Below, one piece after another: positions 1-8,715 of a stretch of 64,000 bases of DNA (the first letter of the stretch is position 1; every line of letters begins with the position of its first letter). A program made the position numbers and the translations under genes. Origin of the DNA: a bacterium (GTDB lineage: Bacteria; Zixibacteria; MSB-5A5; GN15; FEB-12); contig JBDRNJ010000057.1 in NCBI GenBank assembly GCA_043811375.1, positions 12,452 through 76,451 on the forward strand. Direction: 5' to 3'. The notes beneath the pieces are model-generated. The model did not search any database. It saw only the letters and a program-made list of their open reading frames with translations, and was not told where the DNA came from.

Positions 1-654
1 CAGGGTGTTGGGGTTGGTCATCATGATGCCGGCGACGTCTTCATCCATGACCTCGGCCACCGCCGATGGTGAAATAACGCCCTGCTCGTTGGAAGCGATC
101 TGGATAGTGCTGAAACCTACCGACGCTACCGATGCCGGGTTGGTGCCATGGGCCGAATCGGGGATAATGATATTACTCCGCGGTTGACCCCGGTCAATGT
201 GACAGGCCCTCATGATCAGCAAACCGGCAAACTCGCCGTGGGCGCCGGCTACCGGTTGCAGTGAGATACCGGCAAAGCCTGAAATTTCCGACAGGAACTC
301 CTGTAGTTCCCACATCAATTGCAGCAACCCCGGAGCCGAGCTGCATGGCGCCAGCGGGTGGTGACTGCGAAAGCCCGCCAGTGCCGCCGCGGCCTCGTTG
401 GCCCGGGGGTTGTACTTCATGGTGCACGACCCTAGCGGATAGAAACCCTTATCTATGTGATGGTTCTTGACCGACAACCCGATGAAGTGACGCATCGCTT
501 CACCTTCCGTCACTTCCGGTAGCGCCGCCGGCTGCGAGCGCCGGTGTACCGCCGGAATAGCCGCCAGTATCTCCGATTCAGTTTTCATCGTTGACGGCAG
601 TGTGTACCCGGTGCGACCACTTACCGACTTGTCGTATATCAATATCTTCTGCAT
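1..654 (-). CDS. gcvPB: Glycine dehydrogenase (decarboxylating) subunit 2, 5' part; runs off the window start
   Basis: Missing from the ORF track. Manual translation from ATG at 654 gives MQKILIYDKS...LPEVTEGEAMRHF...FYPLGSCTMKYNP...MMTNPNTL, diagnostic GcvPB motifs. The frame is open to position 1. Confidence 0.93.
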   Translation of the reverse strand, partial: MQKILIYDKSVSGRTGYTLPSTMKTESEILAAIPAVHRRSQPAALPEVTEGEAMRHFIGLSVKNHHIDKGFYPLGSCTMKYNPRANEAAAALAGFRSHHPLAPCSSAPGLLQLMWELQEFLSEISGFAGISLQPVAGAHGEFAGLLIMRACHIDRGQPRSNIIIPDSAHGTNPASVASVGFSTIQIASNEQGVISPSAVAEVMDEDVAGIMMTNPNTL

Positions 655-688
655 TTCGTGCCTTGTTGCTGCCGGTGACGGCGACCGG

Positions 689-1552
689 CTACTTCTCCGC
701 CTCGATTTCTCCCTTTAGTCCGGCTATCTGTTTCTGAGCGTACTCGACGTCTTCGGATTCAGGGTAGTGCTTTACGAACTGCTCGAAGGTCTCGATGGCC
801 GCAGCGGTATCTCCCATCTGGCGGTAGACTATAGCTTTCCAGACTTCGGCGTTTTCAGCAAACATGGAGCCCTCAAAATCAGTCATGACGGTAGTGAAAG
901 TCTTAAGGGCGGCATCGTACTCTTTGTTGCGACGATGCACATCGGCTATGGCCAGAAGGCATTCACCGGACAGTGAATCATGTGGGTCACCGGCAGAAAT
1001 AACTTTGTTATACCAGGCCGTCGCCTTCTCGGTGCCGCCGCGGTAGTGATACTTCTCTGCTATCCGGTATGCCAGAGAGCGATCATTGTTGGTCTCAGCC
1101 TGAGCCAGCAAGTCGACCAGAGTACCGATCCCGTTCTTGTAATTGGTCAGTTCAATCAGCAGTGAATCGGGCGGCATATAACCGACCACCCGATCTACCT
1201 CGGCGCCCTGCGGATCAACCAGAACCAGTGTGGGGTAGCCCATGATATGGTAGGCGGCGGCCAGGGAGGTGTCCTGTTTGCCGTCTATTTTGGCCATAAC
1301 CATTTCATTGGTGAAGAAGTCAATGACTTTCTGATCAGTCAACACGACCGTGTTGATCGTATCACACCACCTTCACGTCGGCGAATAAAAGTAGACTACG
1401 GCGTGCCGGTCATCGGCGGCCGCCTTGCTGATGGCCAGATTGGCGTCAGTTACGTATGGTGCCCTGGCGATGTCGTCCGTTACCCCGGCAGTAATTGTGA
1501 CGGTAGCCGTCAGTACTACCACCATCATGACAATAAGATGAACTTTGCTCAT
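689..1552 (-). CDS. Probable selenoprotein: signal peptide + thioredoxin-like domain (UxxC) + TPR repeats, 287 aa if TGA is read as Sec
   Basis: ATG at 1552 encodes a hydrophobic N-terminus (MSKVHLIVMMVVVLTATVTITAG). It reads VVYFYSPT-TGA(1375-1373)-RWC in frame into the tracked ORF 689..1345, which has a cis-Pro loop (GYPTLVLVD) and TPR/YfiO-like repeats. Confidence 0.8.
1332..1364 (-). promoter_or_regulatory. Candidate bacterial SECIS element
   Basis: Minus-strand hairpin TCAACAC-GGTC-GTGTTGA (1356-1339) with a G-first apical loop starting 23 nt after the UGA. Extra TGAT/ATCA pairing lies below it. Confidence 0.7.
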
Positions 1553-1576
1553 AACTGTTCCCTGTATACGTATTTT

Positions 1577-1969
1577 TTATAGTCCGTTACTTTCTTCCGG
1601 TTGAATCAACTCGTCACCCAGGACGGCTTCGAGAATCAATGCCGCCGCTTCGCGGTACTCACGGGGCACCATGATGATATTCCCGCCACCCGAGAGAGCG
1701 GCCAGGCCCAAATGATTATCGATTCCGCGGCCATAGGCGGAGAAACTCGAGGAGAGTATTACCGACGGGATATTGTTTGAGTCCAGCGAACCGCGTGCGA
1801 TGTCGGACTTCATGTCACCGGCGACCTGACCCACTATTGCCCATGAATCGTCCGGTGTCATCGCGGCAGTACCGGTTTCGGGAAGCCGGTCGACGAGTTC
1901 TTCGTCGCAGTCGGGGCAAACCCTGATGCCCGTTTCATATTCATATCGACAGGCGGGACAGAAGGACAC
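1577..1969 (-). CDS. Zn-ribbon + DUF2007-like (putative signal-transducing) protein
   Basis: N-terminal CPAC...CPDC, then ARGSLDSNNIPSVI...IMVPREYREAAALIL. Paralog of the next gene. Confidence 0.7.
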   Translation of the reverse strand: MSFCPACRYEYETGIRVCPDCDEELVDRLPETGTAAMTPDDSWAIVGQVAGDMKSDIARGSLDSNNIPSVILSSSFSAYGRGIDNHLGLAALSGGGNIIMVPREYREAAALILEAVLGDELIQPEESNGL

Positions 1970-2317
1970 TCAGTTTTCCTTTCTTCGCCACTTATCACCC
2001 ACGGTCATATCCAGCACTTCGCAGGCTTCTTCGTGGAGGGCAGCCGGCACCAGTATTTCAAAAGGTGCTTCATCACCCCGGTAAAATGGCCGCAGCGGTA
2101 AACCGATATTGCCGAAAAAGCCGTTTTTGCATCGAAGCATCGCCGGGATGTTTGAGGAGACCAAGGCTTCGCGGGCCATGTCGGCGAATACTTTGTTTTC
2201 CAGTGTACCCAGCACGATCCACTCGTCTGTCGCAGCGTCGGGCAGTTTGTAGCCGCAGATGCAGCATTCACCGGAATCCCCCGGCAACTCATGTTTGCAT
2301 TTGGGACAGAGTGCCAC
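1970..2317 (-). CDS. Zn-ribbon + DUF2007-like protein
   Basis: CPKC...CCICG, then AREALVSSNIPAML...ILVPAALHEEACEVL. Its stop abuts the next start. Confidence 0.7.
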   Translation of the reverse strand: MALCPKCKHELPGDSGECCICGYKLPDAATDEWIVLGTLENKVFADMAREALVSSNIPAMLRCKNGFFGNIGLPLRPFYRGDEAPFEILVPAALHEEACEVLDMTVGDKWRRKEN

Positions 2318-3650
2318 CGGCTATTAACTCCCTGAGACCGTCGACCAAATCGCCGATCTCCTGTTCGGTTCGTTTCTCGGTGAGAGCCACAATCAGACAA
2401 TCGTCCATGCCCGGATACCAGCGGCCGGCAGCGATGCCCGGCAGAACCCGGCGTTGAACCATGGTGCGGATCAGTTCCCGCGCCGATACCGGTATCCGCA
2501 GCGCAAACTCGCGGACAAACGGTTGGTCGAAATAAAGCCGGCAGCCCTCAAGTTCTTCAAGTGCTTTAGCTGCCTGCTGCGCCTTTTCGGCCGACAGCAG
2601 GGCTACCTGTCTGAGACCACTCCTGCCCAGTAGCGTCAGGTATACTGACGCTGCGGTTGCACACAGGGCCTGATTGGTGCAGATATTGGAGGTTGCTTTT
2701 TCACGCCGTATATGTTGTTCCCGCGTTTGCAACACCAGGACAAACCCGGTTTTGCCGTCGACATCGGTGGTCCGTCCGGCGATGCGTCCGGGCAGGCTGC
2801 GAACCAGTTCCCGGCGAGCGGCAAAGAAGCCCAGCAGCGGGCCGCCGAAGGAGAGCGGCAGACCCAGCGGTTGCCCTTCGCCGACCACGATGTCGGCTCC
2901 GTACTCGGCGGGAGTTTTCAGCAGAGCCCCAGCGATCGGGTCAATGGACACGATCAATTTGCCGCCGACGTTGTGAATGATCTCGGACGCCGCCGCCATA
3001 TCTTCCAGGCAGCCGAAGAAGTTCGGTTGACTCATCAACAGACAGGCCGTCCGGTCATCCACGGCCGCCTGCAGGCGATCCAAATCACACAGTCCCTCAT
3101 CCATGGGAATTGTAATCAATGAAGCATCGCGACCGGAAAGATAGGTTGTAATCACCTCACGATAAAGGGGGCTGACTGTCTCGGCGACGATCACGTTGGG
3201 ACGGCGCGTGCTCCTGGTTGCGATTACAGCCGCCTCGGCGGCGGCGGTGGCTCCGTCGTACATGGAAGCGTTGGCCACGTCCATGCCGGTAAGACGGCAG
3301 ATGTGTGTTTGAAACTCGTAGATAACCTGCAACGTTCCCTGCGACACCTCCGGTTGATAAGGCGTGTAGGCTGTCATAAACTCCGGGCGGCTGATAACCG
3401 ATCCGACAGCTGCCGGGATATAGTGATCGTAGACGCCGCCCCCGGCAAAACAGGCCAGGCCGCTCAGGTTGTTCTGCGACAGCTTTTCCGCTTCGCGCAA
3501 CACTTCCATCTCGGAGTGTGCCGGTATATCCAGCGGGCGTTGCAGCCGCAACTCGGTGGGTATGGAAGACAGCAGTTGTTCGATATCCGCCGCACCGATC
3601 TTTTGCAGCATGGTCAGGCGGTCGTTGTCGGTGTGGGGAACGTATGGCAT
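2289..3650 (-). CDS. gcvPA: Glycine dehydrogenase (decarboxylating) subunit 1
   Basis: TAYTPYQPEVSQG, NASMYDGATA and QTREQHIRREKATSNICTNQAL motifs. Confidence 0.97.
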   Translation of the reverse strand: MPYVPHTDNDRLTMLQKIGAADIEQLLSSIPTELRLQRPLDIPAHSEMEVLREAEKLSQNNLSGLACFAGGGVYDHYIPAAVGSVISRPEFMTAYTPYQPEVSQGTLQVIYEFQTHICRLTGMDVANASMYDGATAAAEAAVIATRSTRRPNVIVAETVSPLYREVITTYLSGRDASLITIPMDEGLCDLDRLQAAVDDRTACLLMSQPNFFGCLEDMAAASEIIHNVGGKLIVSIDPIAGALLKTPAEYGADIVVGEGQPLGLPLSFGGPLLGFFAARRELVRSLPGRIAGRTTDVDGKTGFVLVLQTREQHIRREKATSNICTNQALCATAASVYLTLLGRSGLRQVALLSAEKAQQAAKALEELEGCRLYFDQPFVREFALRIPVSARELIRTMVQRRVLPGIAAGRWYPGMDDCLIVALTEKRTEQEIGDLVDGLRELIAGGTLSQMQT

Positions 3651-3703
3651 GACGTAATAACGGGTCCTTTTCGGCCTGCACCGCCGGGGCAGATCGAGGG
3701 GTG

Positions 3704-4084
3704 CTACTGCCCGATTATGCCCCTGTAGCCGGCGGCGTCGAGCAGTTCGTCGAGCTGGGACAGATCAGACATGTCAATCTTAATCATCCAGCCGTCGCCA
3801 TACGGATCATGATTGATGATCATGGGGTCATCCTCCAGTGCCGAGTTGACTGCGAAGACTTTTCCGCTCAGCGGCGAAAACATTTCCGAGACGGCTTTAA
3901 CCGCTTCAATAGTCCCAAAAGCTTCCATTCTGGTCACCCGGTCGCTCTCGCCGGGCAGTTCCACGAAGACGATATCGCCGAGTTCACTCTGTGCATAGTC
4001 GGTGATACCGACTGTTGCGATATTGTCCTCAACCCTGACCCATTCGTGTTCTTCGGTATACTTCAGATCAGCCGGTACATTCAC
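3704..4084 (-). CDS. gcvH: Glycine cleavage system H protein
   Basis: YTEEHEW, VGITDYAQ and lipoyl-Lys motif EAVKAVSE. Start moved to the GTG at 4084, which follows a GGAGG RBS (ORF track starts at 4099). Confidence 0.96.
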   Translation of the reverse strand: MNVPADLKYTEEHEWVRVEDNIATVGITDYAQSELGDIVFVELPGESDRVTRMEAFGTIEAVKAVSEMFSPLSGKVFAVNSALEDDPMIINHDPYGDGWMIKIDMSDLSQLDELLDAAGYRGIIGQ

Positions 4085-4099
4085 CTGCAACCTCCACAT

Positions 4100-5563
4100 T
4101 TACTCCTGACCGCTCTTTGCGGGTACGGCTTTTGCAACTCTATCCACAGTGTGTTCTTTTTCAGTTGTTTCACGATCCCTCTTGAGCACCAGGGTGGCCT
4201 TTGGCTGCGGGGCGGCGGGGGTGCCGCCAAAATGTTTCTCCACGAAAGCCAGGTCGTATTTCCCGGCCACGAAATCGGGGTGCCGGAAAATCTCCTGATG
4301 AAAAGGAATGGTCGTGGGTACGCCTTCGACGATGAATTCGTCAAGGCTTTGTCGCATCCGTACGACAGCTTCCTGTCGCGTCCGGCCTTTGACCACCAGC
4401 TTGCCGATCATGGAATCGTAGTAAGGGGGGATGACATAGCCGGTGTAGACGGCGCGGTCAACTCGTACCCCCGGTCCGCCCGGTATGTGCAGGCCGGTAA
4501 TAGTGCCCGGCGTGGGGCGAAAATCCCTGGTTACATCTTCTGCGTTTATGCGACACTCAATAGCCGCCCACCGTGGTTGCAGTTCTTCCTGCCGGTAGGT
4601 CAGCTTCTCGCCGAGAGCAACCTGCAACTGGTCCTTGACCAGATCAACCTCATAGGCTTCCTCGGTCACCGGGTGTTCCACCTGGATGCGAGTGTTCATT
4701 TCCATGAAATAATAATCAAGGTTGTTATCGACCAGAAATTCAATGGTCCCCACGCCGCGATAGTTAACCATTCGGGCGCCGCGGATAGCCGTCTCTCCCA
4801 TCGTTCGACGCAGTTCGGGGGTCACCACGGGCGAGGGTGTTTCCTCAATGAGCTTCTGGTGTCGACGCTGAATGGAGCAGTCGCGCTCACCATAGTGAAA
4901 GAAATTACCCTGCTGGTCACCAACCAACTGAATCTCCACATGGTGGGGGTTGATGATGACTTTTTCCAGATAGAGATCGGGATTGCCAAATGCATTGCCG
5001 GCTTCGGCTGAAGCGATATGAAAACCGCGTTCCAGTTCGGCCAGATCACGACAGAGGCGCATCCCCTTACCGCCGCCACCGGACACGGCCTTGAGCATCA
5101 CCGGGTAGCCAATTTCCTGTGCCAGCTGACCGGCTTCTCGAAAGGATGAAACTACACTTTCAGAACCGGGAATGACCGGCACTCCGGCCTCTTTCATCAG
5201 GTGCTTGGCTGAGATCTTGTCTCCCATGCGACGAATCTGGTCCGGCGTGGGGCCGATAAAGACCAGCCCGCAGGATTCACAGACTTCAGCAAAGTCGGCG
5301 TTCTCGGCCAGGAAACCATAGCCGGGGTGTATGGCATCGGCGTTGGTAACTTCGGCGGCGGCTATGATGCGCTTGAAATCCAGGTACGATTCGCCGGGCG
5401 GTGCCGGGCCGATGCAGACATCTTCGTCGGCAAAGCGGACATGCAGCGCATCACGGTCGGCCTGCGAGTATACCGCCACCGTTTTCAAGTCCAGTTCGTG
5501 ACAGGCGCGTATGATTCGCAGAGCTATTTCGCCACGGTTGGCTATCAGGACTTTGTTAAACAA
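4100..5563 (-). CDS. accC: Acetyl-CoA carboxylase, biotin carboxylase subunit
   Basis: KVLIANRGEIA, HPGYGFLAEN, GGGGKGMR, RDCSIQRRHQK, EMNTRIQVEHPVTE, YYDSMIGK. Confidence 0.97.
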   Translation of the reverse strand: MFNKVLIANRGEIALRIIRACHELDLKTVAVYSQADRDALHVRFADEDVCIGPAPPGESYLDFKRIIAAAEVTNADAIHPGYGFLAENADFAEVCESCGLVFIGPTPDQIRRMGDKISAKHLMKEAGVPVIPGSESVVSSFREAGQLAQEIGYPVMLKAVSGGGGKGMRLCRDLAELERGFHIASAEAGNAFGNPDLYLEKVIINPHHVEIQLVGDQQGNFFHYGERDCSIQRRHQKLIEETPSPVVTPELRRTMGETAIRGARMVNYRGVGTIEFLVDNNLDYYFMEMNTRIQVEHPVTEEAYEVDLVKDQLQVALGEKLTYRQEELQPRWAAIECRINAEDVTRDFRPTPGTITGLHIPGGPGVRVDRAVYTGYVIPPYYDSMIGKLVVKGRTRQEAVVRMRQSLDEFIVEGVPTTIPFHQEIFRHPDFVAGKYDLAFVEKHFGGTPAAPQPKATLVLKRDRETTEKEHTVDRVAKAVPAKSGQE

Positions 5564-5680
5564 CTATCATCCTTTCAGTGAGCCGGTATCCGAACACAAT
5601 ATTCGGTTCCGGGAAGTCTCACAAACAGTCCGGTAATATACAAGAAACAGCCGCCTATGACAACCCCAAAGACAACGCAC

Positions 5681-5714
5681 ATAAGAAAGTCGGAACCACA
5701 GGGGTTCCGACTTT
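5681..5714 (-). terminator. Probable intrinsic terminator between the pilT-like gene and accC
   Basis: 12-bp perfect stem AAAGTCGGAACC/GGTTCCGACTTT with a 5-nt loop and a T-rich 3' side on the minus strand. Confidence 0.6.
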
Positions 5715-5725
5715 AGACTTGTTTT

Positions 5726-5865
5726 CGACGGAGATATGCCTTGTCGTTACGCGGTTAAAGGCGGTTTGCCACCCGGCCACAGGGGCTTTTATGACAAGTT
5801 CCGTTGATCATTTCTCCTGGCAGAGACAAGCCCTGCCACTACGCGGTTAAATGCGGCTTGCCGCC
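5726..5865. repeat. Two ~48-bp imperfect direct repeat units with REP-like (GTAG/GTAA + hairpin) character
   Basis: TACGCGGTTAAAGGCGGTTTGCCACC (5748-5773) vs TACGCGGTTAAATGCGGCTTGCCGCC (5840-5865). On the minus strand each continues into GTAR plus a short hairpin, e.g. GTAG-TGGCAG...CTGCCA. Confidence 0.5.
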
Positions 5866-5889
5866 AGTTGCGCCCGGGGACGGTCTTAT

Positions 5890-7041
5890 TCAGAATTTCG
5901 CAAGATCACCGGAAGCGTCCGATGGCTCCTGGTTGTCGGATTGGGTTGATTCGTCCTGCCACCTCTCCGAGCTGCCGGTAATACCTTTGGTGCGCAGGTC
6001 GAAATCATCCGGGTTGCTGGCGTTTTCCATCGCCTCCTCGAACGAGATCATGCCCTGTTTATGCAGTTTCATGATGGCTTGATCGAATGTCTGCATACCG
6101 TACTGAACGCCGCCCTGTTCCATCAACTCGATGATATCAATCGTTTTATCCGGGTCCATGATGCACTCTTTGACGGCCCCGGAGCTGACCATAATTTCCA
6201 GCGCCGGCACTCGTCCGGGCATATCGCAGCGGGCCAGCAGTCGCTGGCAGACAATAGCTTTCAGTGTCCCGGCCAGCAACAGACGGATCTGCTGGTGCTG
6301 GTGCGGAGGGAAGAAGGAGATAATGCGGGTGACTGTCTCCACGACATTGAGAGTGTGCAGAGTGGTCAGCACCAAATGACCGGTGTCGGCCGCTGTCAAC
6401 GCTATCGACATCGTTTCCAGGTCACGCACTTCACCGATGAGAATTACATCGGGATCCTGTCGGAAGGCGTGACGCAACGCCGAGGCAAACGTCTCCGTAT
6501 CGCCGCCCACCTCGCGCTGGGTGATTATCGATTTCTTGTCACGGTAGATATATTCGATGGGGTCTTCGACGGTAAGTATATTGTCCTGGCGGGTGGAGTT
6601 CAACTGCTCAATCATCGCCGCCAGTGTGGTCGATTTGCCGGATCCGGTTGTGCCGGTGATGACAACCAGGCCCCGGCGGGTTTTAGCCAGTTGCTGGATG
6701 GTGTCGGGCAGATTCAGTTCCTTAAACGATGGTACCGTGGTGTTGACGGCGCGGATAGCGATACCCGAGGTTCCGCGCTGCCGGAAAAGATTGATACGGA
6801 AACGTCCCAGTTTGGCTACTGAAAGAGCCAGATCCATTTCGTTCTTGCGGAAAAAGCGTTCCCGCTGTTTTTCATTGAGTATCTGGGAGACAACCTGTTC
6901 CATGCGGTCAATTGTCATGGGATCGGTGGCGATCTGTTCCAACTGGCCGTTTACCCTCAAGTGTGGTCGTACGCCGACACGGATGTGCAAGTCTGAGGCC
7001 TTGCGGTCAAGCATCTCAACCAGCATTTGCTTCAGATTCAT
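5890..7041 (-). CDS. Type IV pilus retraction ATPase, PilT/PilU family
   Basis: ASDLHI, GRFRINLFRQRG, Walker A GTTGSGKSTT, EDPIE, RQDPDVILIGEVRD, TGHLVLTTLHT, GMQTFDQ. The canonical AIRNLIRE motif is replaced by AVKECIMD. Confidence 0.93.
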   Translation of the reverse strand: MNLKQMLVEMLDRKASDLHIRVGVRPHLRVNGQLEQIATDPMTIDRMEQVVSQILNEKQRERFFRKNEMDLALSVAKLGRFRINLFRQRGTSGIAIRAVNTTVPSFKELNLPDTIQQLAKTRRGLVVITGTTGSGKSTTLAAMIEQLNSTRQDNILTVEDPIEYIYRDKKSIITQREVGGDTETFASALRHAFRQDPDVILIGEVRDLETMSIALTAADTGHLVLTTLHTLNVVETVTRIISFFPPHQHQQIRLLLAGTLKAIVCQRLLARCDMPGRVPALEIMVSSGAVKECIMDPDKTIDIIELMEQGGVQYGMQTFDQAIMKLHKQGMISFEEAMENASNPDDFDLRTKGITGSSERWQDESTQSDNQEPSDASGDLAKF

Positions 7042-7065
7042 TCAATTCCCTTTCCCGGCTTGGGG

Positions 7066-7551
7066 TTATTCAGGATCAATCAAAAAGATGGTCTGTCCAA
7101 ACTCCACCGGCTCCGCGTTGCCGACGCAAATCTTCGCCACCCGGCCACTGACTTCCGATTCAATCTCGTTCATCAATTTCATGGCTTCCACGATGCAGAC
7201 GACCTGACCGACGGAAATCTTCTGGTTGAGCGAGACGTACGAATCGGCATCCGGCGCCGGGGCTGAGTAGAAGGTACCTACCATGGGTGATTTGATTTCA
7301 ACCAGTCGGTCGGTCTCTTCGGCTGCGGCAGCCTCGACAGTGGATGTCGTTTGTCCAGCCGGCAGTGGCTGGACCGGTGCCGGGGGAGTAGAGCCCCGCG
7401 AAACAACTGTCGGCTGATCGCTGTGGCCGTTGGATGAGGTCGCAACGGGCTGCGTGATCTTGATCCGACGCCGCCAGGTGGAAATTTCCAGCGATTCTAT
7501 TTTGGACTCTTCCACCAGCCGTATAAGTTGCCTGATATATTTTTCGTTCAT
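7066..7551 (-). CDS. accB: Acetyl-CoA carboxylase biotin carboxyl carrier protein
   Basis: SPMVGTFY and biotinylation motif EAMKLMNEI, with a Pro/Ala-rich linker. Confidence 0.97.
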   Translation of the reverse strand: MNEKYIRQLIRLVEESKIESLEISTWRRRIKITQPVATSSNGHSDQPTVVSRGSTPPAPVQPLPAGQTTSTVEAAAAEETDRLVEIKSPMVGTFYSAPAPDADSYVSLNQKISVGQVVCIVEAMKLMNEIESEVSGRVAKICVGNAEPVEFGQTIFLIDPE

Positions 7552-7641
7552 GTTACTACCTCAGCGGCAATGCGTTCACCATTGAAAGACAGAAAACCCG
7601 CCTGCAGCCATGTCCTCTGAAAACAGTATACAGAAATCGGA

Positions 7642-8715
7642 TTACAGCACCAACAAGTTTTTTGGAGTCCTGTTGAGTACCTTACAGCTGTTGCGAGTGA
7701 CAACTACGTCATCCTCTATCCGGACCCCGCCCCAGCCGGAAAGGTAGATGCCCGGCTCAATTGTTATGACATTGTTGATCTTCAGTTTATCCTCGGAGGC
7801 AGTCGATAGCCGTGGTCCCACGTGGATGAAAAACCCTATTCCATGACCGGTACCGTGGCCGAAGTTCTTGCCATACCCGGCCCTCTCAATAATATTCCGG
7901 GCGGCGGCATCGACTGCTTTGCCGCTGACACCGGCCTTGACCTTTCTAATGGCCGCTTTATGGGCTCTCAGAACAATCTGGTAGATTTTTTTCTGTTTTG
8001 ATGTCGGTTTCCCGACAACGATAGTGCGCGTCATGTCTGAGACATAACCATCGACGGTGGCTCCGAAGTCAAAGGTGATGAATTCTCCCTTTTTTACTTT
8101 TTTGGCCGAGGCCGCTCCATGTGGCAACGCCGAACGGTAGCCGGAGGCCACAATGGTTTCAAAAGCCGGTTTCTCAGCGCCCAGCATCATCATCTGGTAC
8201 TCGAGTTCCGCTGCCAGCTCTCTTTCCCGAACGCCCGGAGCTACCAGATTCAGGACTCGCTCGAAGGCCAGGTCCGAGACAGACACCGCTTTTTTAATGC
8301 TGGCGATCTCGCTTTTCTCCTTTACCCAGCCAAGATCAGCCATGAGCTTGTCCGCCGGTACCATTATGGCGTCAGGAAGAGCCTGGCCCAGTCTGTTTAG
8401 CCTGGCAACGGTCAGGTATTCGCTGTTGTACCCATAACGGCATCGTCGAGCGTTGAGTCGCGGGAAATCCATCAGGCTGTCGACAGGATCTCGTTTGATG
8501 ATCGACACTTTAGCTCCCTTTACCTGTTGTCGGGCCTGGTCGGCGTAACGGAAATCAGTGAAAAAATCGGTTCCACCCGGACCTGTCACCAGCAGACCGG
8601 CCGTGCCGGTGAAACCGGTCAGATAACGGACATGGTCGAGATGGGAGACGATCATTCCGTCAAGATTGTCGGATTTGAGTTTCTTTTTCAGGTTATTGAT
8701 TCTCAGAGTCGACAT
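7642..8715 (-). CDS. Xaa-Pro peptidase (M24B family)
   Basis: YLTGFTG, DFGATVDGYVSDMTRT, HGTGHGIG, TIEPGIY and RIEDDV metal-ligand motifs. Confidence 0.93.
   Translation of the reverse strand: MSTLRINNLKKKLKSDNLDGMIVSHLDHVRYLTGFTGTAGLLVTGPGGTDFFTDFRYADQARQQVKGAKVSIIKRDPVDSLMDFPRLNARRCRYGYNSEYLTVARLNRLGQALPDAIMVPADKLMADLGWVKEKSEIASIKKAVSVSDLAFERVLNLVAPGVRERELAAELEYQMMMLGAEKPAFETIVASGYRSALPHGAASAKKVKKGEFITFDFGATVDGYVSDMTRTIVVGKPTSKQKKIYQIVLRAHKAAIRKVKAGVSGKAVDAAARNIIERAGYGKNFGHGTGHGIGFFIHVGPRLSTASEDKLKINNVITIEPGIYLSGWGGVRIEDDVVVTRNSCKVLNRTPKNLLVL

Noticed and set aside
689..1345. Tracked 218-aa ORF as a complete gene
   Set aside because: It starts at a TTG inside the SECIS-like hairpin and lacks the thioredoxin active site. 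It is better explained as the 3' part of 689..1552.
3701..5011. 436-aa plus-strand ORF
   Set aside because: Antisense shadow of gcvH/accC with no recognisable motifs. The same applies to the many short ORFs opposite pilT, rpsA, the defence genes and the Rhs genes.
5720..5890. Glycine or c-di-GMP riboswitch upstream of accC/gcv
   Set aside because: Contains GGCAAACC, but I could not find the other conserved elements of either aptamer.
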